Positions 1-23,867 of a DNA stretch of 64,000 bases are shown in pieces. The notes beneath the pieces were generated by a model. The model was not told the origin of the DNA. It was given only the letters and a program-made list of their open reading frames with translations, and ran no database searches. The stretch is from Paraspadella gotoi. Its lineage: Eukaryota; Animalia; Chaetognatha. Location of the stretch: NCBI GenBank assembly GCA_051294375.1, contig CM119269.1:11080883-11144882 (forward strand), written 5' to 3'. Every line of letters starts with the position of its first letter. The stretch's first letter is position 1. The translations under genes and the position numbers were made by a program.

Positions 1-376
1 TAATTTTTTCTTTTTATATTAAATATAAATGCCCTCGGTTATTAGCAGTAAGCAGCTATTCAGATAATTAATGCAGCTTTCAGATAATTATCCAATTAAG
101 TAATTTGTGTTCAAAGCTAAGGGGGACCGACAGACGAATGGACAGACGGACATCGATTTTTTTGCATAATTCATTATAATTCGATATTCTGATATGATCT
201 AAGTTACCTACCGATAAGATTTTAGGGTAGGACCGACGGACCGACAACGTCAATTATAGACCACGTAGACTGTGAGAGAGTCTCGATTAAAAGCTTGCAG
301 GGCCCTGCCATGTAAGAGGGATGAAGGACTTAACCCACCAAAGATAAGAATCAAACCAGAATAACTCCGGCTTTAG

Positions 377-13325
<12,949 letters not shown>

Positions 13326-13446
13326 TTGGAGGAAAAAAAAAGAAGAAGAAAAAAAAAGTTCCGAATTAAGTAGAAGATAGATGTGGTTTTACATTTATGC
13401 TTGTACTCGTAGTATGTAAAAATATTGATTTACTATTTTTCTGTTG

Positions 13447-13452
13447 AATAAA
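13447..13452 (+). promoter_or_regulatory. Candidate polyadenylation signal of the dynein gene
   Basis: AATAAA about 120 nt after the dynein stop codon. Confidence 0.45.
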
Positions 13453-14237
13453 CAAAAGCAAAAATTTTTGTAATGCGTATGGCTTCGTTCCGACGGATAG
13501 ATAGGTGGGCCCTTTTGCTTTCAACGACGGTATTCGAAGGTTGCGTGTTTTGGAAGTTTCATGATTGTCTTCATTATACGTCTAAAAGCTCTCTCTCTCT
13601 CTCTCTCTCTCTCTCATCTCTCTCTCTATCTCTTTCTCCTCCTTCCTCCCTCCTCAACCTGTCTCTGCAGTTTTCGCTCCACGTCTTCTTTCTTGTCCTT
13701 TTCGTATTCATTTTGAATCGTCTCCAAAACAAACAAAACAAGAGAACGGGCGAATCGCCAATTGTGACACCGTATTCTCTGGTGCCAGCCCTTTTTTCGT
13801 TGGGCAAACCTCTACTCATTAACCCATTTTTTCAGTCGGTCTGGCTCTCCTTCCAGCAGATCTCGCAAGTCTTTTTCAAAACTGAAGGGTTTGATGATAA
13901 ATAGATTAAGGAAATATAAAAATTATCCATTCATTTAATAAATAAGCTATCTTGCCCCTGACTTTGAACAGGCTTTGGTGGTTTAAGGCCTCCATCACTC
14001 TTACAAGATAATGACATAGCAGGTCCCTGAATTAAAATTAGAAATAGATTGGGATTTGTGCTGAGGTTAGTGGCGATTGAGGATAATATTTTCTTTACAA
14101 CTGAGAAAGGATTTCGAGGAAGAGTTTTTGGTAGTGAAATTAAGAAAAAGGTTTTGGTGAGAGAAATCCCGAGGAAGGTGGATGAGTTTTTGTTATATTG
14201 TATTCGGGCATTGCAATATATTCACCATTGAATAGTA

Positions 14238-14344
14238 TCATCAGCTCATGAGCGTGAGGAAGGCCGTAAACCGCCTTGGGAGCGTGAAAAACCCTCAAGC
14301 CGGGATCCAAGCCCAGGACCCGTTCCATGGCTGCTAGAGGGGGT
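14238..14344 (+). mobile_element. Degenerate twister-like repeat (same family as 10922-11069)
   Basis: GA AGG ccg TAA acc GC CTTGGG...CCCTCAAG CCGGG ATCCAAGC CCAGG, plus the shared tail. Confidence 0.5.
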
Positions 14345-14830
14345 TAAAGGGGTTGCCGATAGCACTCTTCATTCTACAATGTGAAGTGGGTAAATTCGAT
14401 TAAAAAGGTGAAAATATGATATTGGAATCTCTTCTAGTTGGATCAATATTATTTGCTGTTCTTATGTGTTTTTTTTTATTGACTAATTATTGGATGGAAA
14501 TGATCTCATAGGACATATGACATAGTCTGGTAGACTGTATTGTTTTCACATTAGATATCATAAGTCTCATTAACTATATATTTTTTCGCTTTTTCACTCT
14601 CAATTAATTAATATTGATTTACTAATTTCTCATTAATTTCAGTGTGCTATTTTCTACAGTCTGTTTGGTTACTTCATATTGTATTTTGCGTATTTTTTCC
14701 TGATGCAAATACTTCACCTAACAATTATTTTTATTAATGAAAAAAAAATTAAAAACTTTTTCGGCGCAGCAGCCACTTATTAAATTTAATCTTTACGACT
14801 TCTGTCTTCAACTGTCTCCAAAATATCGAG

Positions 14831-17800
14831 ATGAGCGCCGCTCGTTCGTTTCTTAATCCTAACGACGACATTCGCGATCGGACGGTGACGCCCGCGTCAG
14901 GTGCCCCTGATGTCGATGCCGACGAGGAAAGAGAAGCTACGTATACCGTTAGTCGCGAAGTTTTGCAGTGAGTCGCTCATCGTTTTTAAAATAAAATATT
15001 ATGGCAACGGGAGGATTGCCTGTGATACCCGGGGCGCGGGCTATCTCACCAAATGGCGTAGGGACATGCTTGTATAGCAGAATATTTCAAATGAGTTCTT
15101 CAATCTCATTTACATATTGTAGCAGTTTAGATAATTTCTCACAACTTTTGATATAAGATGCCCCCATTATGCATGAATTTGACGCATCGATTAATTATAT
15201 AACTGGCTAATCGACGACCATGAAGACCATCTGTTTACGATCTTTGACCAATGATCATTAATTGCCAAGGTTAGAATCTGCGAACCTTTCGACAAACGAA
15301 TTGCCAGGACTTTCCCTCCTCGACGGCTCTGCGGTTCAGGTGTGAAGATGATGATCCCATTTTGATTTTTGAAAATTTTTATTTTATTTTAAATAGTATG
15401 GCAACAGCCGGGTTGCCTGTGATGCCCATTGGGATGGGGCATCTTACTTTTGACTTTGGGGGCTTCCGACCCTCAGTGACGCCTCCTGTCACTGGCGCCC
15501 CTGCTTTGGAGAATAATCTTCTTCGTTTCATCTTTCATAAGAATCATAGTAGCGAACATAGCTATATAACATAACCTAGCTATTTCGTATTTACATGCAT
15601 TTTTTTCTTTTCAAATAGAGAAAAAACTTTCACGACGTGTTTAAGAAAATTTTGAAGAGACAGTAATTATTGATATGTGTTAGTGACAGAACCGTTCAAT
15701 ATAAGCAGTCCCTGAGCTTCGGATCAGGCTGTAACACCATGTTACAGGCGGGTTAAGCGCCCCGTCCCTCTTAACTGCTAGGCGGCCACCGGGCTAGAAC
15801 CCCGGACCTTTTGGGTTGGGAGGCGAATGACTTGCCTCCGGCTGCTGATGAACGGTTGGTGGATTTTAGTCCACCATAATTTATTATTTACAATTTCATA
15901 GAAAGACGAACAAAGACTAATTTTAACCGATTGTTTTAAGGATATCACTCTAAATCTCCCCACGCTGGAATTCGCAAGCGCGCTCAAAGATCAGGATCCA
16001 ATTTTCACAAAACTGCGTGCCCGATCTCACGCTCTCACATTCGCCGCTTGCGCTAACTGGTAAGTAAAAAAAAATATTTATTTTAATCTACGGAGATTTT
16101 ATATTCGCCAAGTAAACCGTAAATCGTAAATCCTGCAAAATGAAAAAAAAAAATTATGCTTGTTATATAAATTTTTAATACGTTCTATACTATGACATGT
16201 TTTTAAGTTATATCCGCACTCATAAAACGTTAAGCTCAATATTTATTGAAATTAGAGGACATTTTTCATTCGCACTTGACGATGTGCTTGATTCTCTCCA
16301 AGACTTCATCCCTCAACTTCTCAAAGTCGTCGACGTCGAACTTTTGCTCCTCCCGATTCTGTGCGATCATCAACAGATTCTCTTCCATCTTATCGTTGTC
16401 CTTCACGCCCGATTTCACGCCGACGCTTAAGATCTTGACGCCCAACTCGGTGGTATCGTTGACGGCGTCGGAGGCGTCCTTCCGAAACTCTTCGGTCAGC
16501 TGCCCGCCGGTAATGACGAAGACAATCTTGGCCGCCTCGCGTCGTGGATATTTCCGTATCATCTCCACCGCCGCCCGCAACGCCGCCGGGGTGTTTGTCT
16601 CTGGTCCGATGGTCTCGTCAGCCTTGATGTGGACGCCCATCTCGGCGCACTTGTCATCGGTGGCGTTGACGCCGCCGATCCACTGCATCCCTTTGACGGT
16701 TTGAATCAAGCCTGGCCTGCCTATCTCGGCGGAATCAGCTAGGGAAATGCTTTGTCCATAATCGACGGCGGAGGCAAAAGTTAGCAACCCGATCCGCACG
16801 ATGCCAGATCCCTCGTCGAGATAGTCGACAATGTCGACCACGAGGTCGAGTTCTCGCTCGAAGCGCTCGGACGAGTTCAGGCAGGACTCCATATCAGTAT
16901 CATTTTCAGCCAGGTTCATGCTGCCGTCGATGAGGAATACGACGTCGAGAGGCGCCGATTTCCTGGAACAGGTTCGCTCGCAGCGCCGTCCGCGAAACTC
17001 CGCGGCGCAGGTGCATCGGAAGTCGCTTGGGTCTTGGGGCAAAATCTCGCAGGCGGCTCCGTTAAGACAGGGGTTGGGCCGACATGGATCAATGATGAAT
17101 TCACAATCTGTTCCATTGTATCCTGGTTGACATTTGCAAAGGTATCCTGCACCGTCATTATCGCAAGTGCCATTATTTTTGCAGGGGTTGCTAAGTGTGC
17201 AAGGTCTGACATCATTTTCACAATTTATGCCATCGTAGCCTGTTTCACATATGCATTTATAATTGGTTCCTTCATTTTTACAGGAACCATTGTTTTGACA
17301 AGGTTTGTCAATTGTACAAGGTCGGACATCATTTTCGCAATCTGTGCCATTGTAACCTGGTTCACATGCGCACTTATAACCGTCTTCAATATTTTCACAG
17401 GTGCCATTGTTTTGACAAGGATTATTAACTGTGCAAGATATGATTTCATTTTCACAGTTAGTTCCTTTGTAACCCGGTTCACATATGCACTTATAACTGT
17501 CTTCAAAATTTTCACAGGTGCCATTATTTTGACATGGTTCCGTAATATTGCATGGTGCAATATTCTTTTCACAATGCGTCCCATTGTAGCCTGGCTGACA
17601 AACACATTTATAACTGACTTCATCAACTTTGCAAATACCACTGTTTTTACAAGGGTTACCCTTCGTACAGGGTCTTATATCATTTTCACAAGCTGTGCCG
17701 TTGTAACCCCTATTGACAAAGGCAAATATAACTACCTCCATCTTGAACACATGTACCATTGTTTTTACAAAGGTTATCTTTTGTACATAATGTTAATCGG

Positions 17801-20800
17801 TTTTCACAGTGAGTGCCATTATATCCAAGTTGACAATCACATTTAAAATTGTCGCCGTCATTCACACAAATACCTTCATTTTGACAAGGATTGCTTAAGG
17901 TACAGGGTCTAATATCAGTTTGACAGTTGGTGCCATTGTATCCAGGTTCACACACGCATGCATAATTGATTCCTTCATTAGTGCAAGTGCCATTGTTTCG
18001 ACAAGGATTACCAACTGAGCAGGGTCTAATGTCTAGCTCACAATTTGTACCATTGTACCCTAGTTGACATATACATTTATAATTAGATCCTTCTTCTTTA
18101 CAAGTTCCATTATTTTTACATGGATTACCTGTCACACAAAGCCTGATATCGATTTCACAGTCTTTTCCAACATAACCTTGTTCACAAATGCATTCATATT
18201 TAGAACCGTTATTCTCGCAAGTACCATTGTTTTGACATGGGTTTTCAATTGAGCAAGGTCTTAAATCAATCTCACAATGTTTTCCGTCATAACCAGGCCT
18301 ACAAACGCATTCATATTCTGTTCCATTGTCCTGACATGTACTATTGTGCAGACACGGATTTCTATGACTGCATGGTAATAAATCAATATTACAATCATTT
18401 CCTTCGTATCCCGATTTGCAATCACATTCATATCCACCTCCAAAGTGTCTGCAAAGTACCATTATTCTTGCAAGGATTCCCAATGGTGCAGGGTCGTAAA
18501 TCTGTCTCACAATTTCTTCCAATGAAACCAGATAAACACCTGCATGTGTAATTTGTACCATGATTTTCACAAGTACTATTATGCTGGCAAAGATTTTCAA
18601 TATTGCATGGTCTTATATCAATATTACAATCATTTCCTTCGTATCCCGATTTGCAATCACATTCATATCCACCTCCAAAAGGTGTCTGCAAAGTACCATT
18701 ATTCTTGCAAGGATTCCCAATGGTGCAGGGTCGTAAATCTGTTTCGCAATTTTTTCCAAAGAAACCAGGTCGACAACTGCATGTATAATTTGTTCCATCG
18801 TTTTCACACGTGCCATTGTGCTGACAGGGATTTTTTAGACTACATGGTCTAATATCAGTACCGCAGTCATTACCTTTATATCCTGGTTTGCAATCACATT
18901 CATATCCTGTTCCAAAGTGATTGCATGTCCCATTATTCTTGCAAGGGTTTCCAACTGAGCAAGGGCGTGTATCAGACTCACAGCGTTTACCGACGAATCC
19001 AGGTAAACAATTGCATATATAATTTGTTCCATTGTTCTGACAAGTGCCATTATTGTTACAAGGATTAGTCATCGTGCATGGCTTCATGACTTTATCACAA
19101 TCTTTACCACCATATCCACGTTGGCAGTGGCATTGGTAACCTGCACCACGAGGTTCGCATGTTCCATTGTTCTGGCAGGGATTTTCCAGTGCGCAGGGCC
19201 CATGATCGATCTCGCAATTTCGCCCTGCAAACCCAGGTTGACAATGGCATTCGTATGACTGCTTGCTCTTGCGACAGCTGCCCCCGTTTCGGCAGGGCCT
19301 CGTCCGACAAAGATCTTTGCATCCGGCACCCCGCTTGCAACGCCCGCAGTCTTGTCCAGTGTATTCCACCGGGCACCGGCAATAGTATCTGGTACCTTCG
19401 TTGTAGCAGAGTGCTCCGTTGCGGCAGGGATTGGAGTCGCAAGGACGCGCGTGGGTATACCGCTCGCAGGTCACCCCGCAAAATCCCTCTGGGCATTCGC
19501 AGTAGAACTCGGCGCCTTCCTCGTGGCACGTGGCGCCATTTCGACAAGGCGCGGAGTCACAATGTCGGCGCCGCTTTTCGCAGGTGGAACCGCAATGAGT
19601 TGGCGGACACTCGCACCGAAAACCGATTTCCGCAGCAAGGTCATCGAGACACGTGGCGCCATTGGCGCAAGGGCCCGAGGAGCATGGCGGCGCTTTGGCG
19701 ACCGATGCGCCACTGGCGGACGCGATAAAAAGCAAGAGAAGGTAAATGAAACACATGCTTGAAATTCTTTAGCGTATTAGGCAAAAAAAAACTGTAAATC
19801 TCAGGCATTAGCTATGGCCGGCGCTCACGGTTATCGACCACCGGATTCTTGTTGAAACCACTCCCAACAGTATTTAAAGGCTCATATCGGCGTCGACGAC
19901 GACGACGGCAACGACGACGTCCCCTCATTATTTAAATTTCGGCGTCTTTTCTCTTTTTCTCATTCGAATTCGAATGATTGAGTGACGCATCCTCTCATCA
20001 AAATAAGACAAATAATTGAAAAGAAAGGAATGAATGGAAAAGAAAAGGACGAAAAAGAAAAGCAATTAATGTCCATACGTCAAAAGAGTCAAGTGTGAAA
20101 CAATCGGTTGACGAGCAAATCTCAATTCGAGTGCCCTCATTTTGGACCAATTGTAAAAAGTAAAACTAAATACGGCAAAACCTTTCGATTTTTATTCACG
20201 TTAAATCTCGTTAATTTTTGTACTAACTCTGCATAATGCGTATTTTATGTATTCTGAATGATCTATCCAAAAAACGCTTGTGTAAAATTCCGGCACTTTG
20301 ATATATTAGATTTCCAATAGCTAACGATCGTGCCTAGGGTTCCAATAACCGTTAATTTTTGAAAAATTTAGCTTAACCGTTAAAATCGGTTAATTTTATA
20401 ATTTTACTTTAAATTTAAAATATTATTATTTAAATCAAACTAAAGTATTTAATGGTATTTTATCTTTTAACTCTTGCTCCTGTATCTTTTTTATCTTCTA
20501 TTTCAGATAGATAGGTACACATTTTAGTTAGTAAATTAAAAATTGATTTGAGCAAACTATTTTGAATCCACCTATGATAATTTAGCTAATCAGATAATGC
20601 ATCGTGATAAATCTTATTTACAAAACTTTTTCTTTACCTCATAGCATAATAAAAATATATAAAAGGATAAAGAAAGAAAAACCACTAGGTAATTCTAATT
20701 CTATGTTTTGTCTTTTTTTTCTCTCTCTTTCTCTTTTTCTTTTGTTATATCTCTTCATTATTTTTCTTGATGTTAGTTTCGTGAACGCTTGTTTTCTGTT

Positions 20801-22136
20801 TTTATTTTTTCATAAGCCATAAGGAGAATAAGAGAGGACAAGAAAAAATTACTTTTCTTTTAAAAAATCAAAGATTTTATACCAAAAATAAAAAAAATCA
20901 TATTTAAAAATTAACCGAATTTAACCGTTAAAATAAATATATTAACGGTTAGGTTAAAATTATTTTTAACCGTTAACTGTTAACGGTTATCGTAACCCTA
21001 ATCGTGCCCTTTAACAGGGAAGTTGTACTCTCGTGTTTGTTCTTTTATTGATTTTCTGTCCATATTTTCCTCCAGCGCTTTTTTCGTGGGCGTCATCAAC
21101 GAAGCTCGGAGGTTTTTGGGAGAATTGAGCGACACTAAAAAGGTCGGTCGTTGACCTTTACAATCCGTTAAAGGTCCATTTAACATCGAAGAAAGCCAGT
21201 TTATTTTTGCGCGTACCTAATATTTAATATTGAAAAGATACTATATTTTGACAACTCGCTTTCAAGTACAATGTAATAAGTACTATGTAATGTATGTATG
21301 TATGTATGTACTAAGTTCCCCTTTATTTCCGACACCTCAGATCATAGAGGCGGGGCGTCGTCGGGATTGGCGCCACCCATTTCCGGTCAGCGTTATCGGT
21401 TGCGGGCGCTTGGGCCGCCAGATCGTCGATGCTTTGATTACTTACGCCGGTAATTTCAAACAAAGTAGGGATTAAAACGTTATTTAATACCAAAAAAATG
21501 TCAATTAATGCATTTAACAATCAATACTTGTAAAGGAAACTTGGGGAAAAAAAAAAGACTTTGGTTGGTAAATTAAAGCGATCCCTCGACAGGCTTGATG
21601 TCTTAATGATTAATAATCCTTCTCGTACGTAATTACTGCCTCAGGAGTGGAAACTTCTGAGTTTTACATCTCAAGTCGGAGACCGGAGATTTTAGCAAAG
21701 TACAAAGACCTGGGGATCCAGTGTTTCTTCGACAACAAAAAGGTAGAGCGAAGGCGACGCTTGTTCTGCCGCCGGTCGATATCATTAAAATCGTTGTCCC
21801 AATTTTAGTATTCAGTTTCTGACAGCGTGCGGCTTTTGCCTTTTAATCGCTGTCATAAAAATAAATAGTTCTGTGCATTTATATTTTCCGACGCGGGTTG
21901 CGTCTGGTATATTCTAAGCTCATTGCCTCGTTTTAGTGGGAAAAAAGAAATAAAAAATATTGTATTAATGAATGATCGCGTCGACCTCAGCTTTTTTACG
22001 ACTTCTTCCAAGGGGAAAGCTATTTTTAGATGCGATGTCGCGAAACGAAAAATAACCCAGTATAACCCAGTATATTCATATTCAGTAACCCAGTATATTC
22101 ATACCGACTCGCATCCATCATCTTTCAGCGAATCCC

Positions 22137-22200
<64 letters not shown>

Positions 22201-23272
22201 ATTATTATTAGTATTATTATTAGTATTATTATTATTATTTATTCTTCTTCTTCTTCTTCTTCTTCTTCTTCTTCTTCTTCTTCTTCTTCTTCTTCTTCTT
22301 CTTCTTCTTCTTTTGTCTTCGTTATCGTCAACATTTAATATTTTCCGCTAGGCGGCGGCGTCGGCGCGAATTCTTTTTGTCTGCGTTCCCCCGACCGACG
22401 TCGAATCCGTTGCCAACGAAGTGAAAAACGAGCTGAAATCCAGCTGCGTCGTTGTCAGCCTCGTCGCTGCAGTGCCGATCTCCAAACTGAGGCTGCTGCT
22501 GGCCGGACACCAGGCGAGTCTTTAACCGCGACTTAAGGTCAGCTTTGACGCTAATTGATCTATGGGAGTTGGGAGTAATGCGAGTTTTTTGTTGATGTTG
22601 TTTTTTTGTGGAAACAGAATATAATCAAGATGGAATTTTACTGGGAAGAACGGAACGAAATGCGAGAGTGGGACATTTCAAAAGACGTCATCTCATCGCT
22701 TCAGGTTATTCTAGATGGTCTAACATCATGGTCATCAAGAACTGCATCATCATCACTGTCATCAGAATTTAAAACATCATCATCATCACGATCATCAGCG
22801 CTGTCATCGTTTTGGTAATCGCCGAATGAATACTGTCTATGTTAATTACTATGTTAATTACTAAGCTATATTAATTGAATCGACAGAGATAACAAAAGCG
22901 TGAGGTGTGGCAGCAAGACTTAAAGCTGCCTCACTGCTGTCCGTCCTCAGCCTCGTCTCAATGGCTGAGCAGGCTAAATCATCTCATTCCATCCGTGCGT
23001 CCCGGGTTCAATCCCCGGGTATCCCGGTTCTGGCTTAAATGTGACGGTGCCGGTATAAACATGCCAGTGACAGGAGGCGGTCACTGAGGGTCCGCAGCCC
23101 CTACGCCAGTTGGTGAGATACCCCGCGCCCCGGGTATCACAGGCTATCCTCCCGTTGCCATAGAGGTTAGATTAATTTCGGAAATTTGATGGAATTCTAT
23201 TTCAGGATTCGTCAAAGTTAGAAAGGGCCTGTCCGCTCACAACGAAGAAACGAGAATCGATTGTGTGTACCA

Positions 23273-23311
<39 letters not shown>

Positions 23312-23787
23312 AATTGCTAAATCAATTCCATTGGTTCGAATGAGATTTGGTTTCACCTCTCACCAAGACGGAAGGCATCATTCACGGGCGACTTGTCATA
23401 ACCACTTGAATACTGTGCGTCTCAATGGTACTGAATGGTTCTTTTTATTAATTCACTTATTTTACACAAATTCAAATTGAAATAATTTATATCTATTATG
23501 AAACTATTAAAATATTTTTTTCCGTAATCTTTTGAATAAAATTTATTTGAAAATAAAAAAAATATCTAAAAATTAAAAAAAGTGAGAAATGAGGACTCAT
23601 ATAAATTGAATGTCGTTATCTCAGAAATAAAATTAACAACATCGTTACGCACGATATGTAAAAGTTTACAGACAGTACCATTGGGACACACTGTAGCCAA
23701 AGCAATTTTGGTTCGACTGATCCTCCCTTCTTTTTAACTTTTAAAGTTTGTCTTGTCAGAAAAACGGTTCCATTTGACAAACGCTTG

Positions 23788-23867
<80 letters not shown>

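Noticed and set aside
17705-17715. Stop-codon readthrough or altered genetic code at the TAG in the EGF gene
   Set aside because: The downstream EGF sequence is in a different frame, so a 1-nt indel explains it; other genes use standard stops.
17034-17846. 270-aa plus-strand ORF and other overlapping ORFs
   Set aside because: Antisense or alternate-frame shadows of the EGF repeat array.
21923-22351. Poly-Leu ORF, and the many ERERER/KKERK/SLSLSL ORFs elsewhere
   Set aside because: Translations of (ATT)n, (CTT)n, (AG)n and (AAAG)n microsatellites, mostly in introns.
22950-23025. Possible functional tRNA gene
   Set aside because: A and B boxes are present but the acceptor and anticodon stems do not pair; treated as a SINE head. 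The same applies to 15781-15858.
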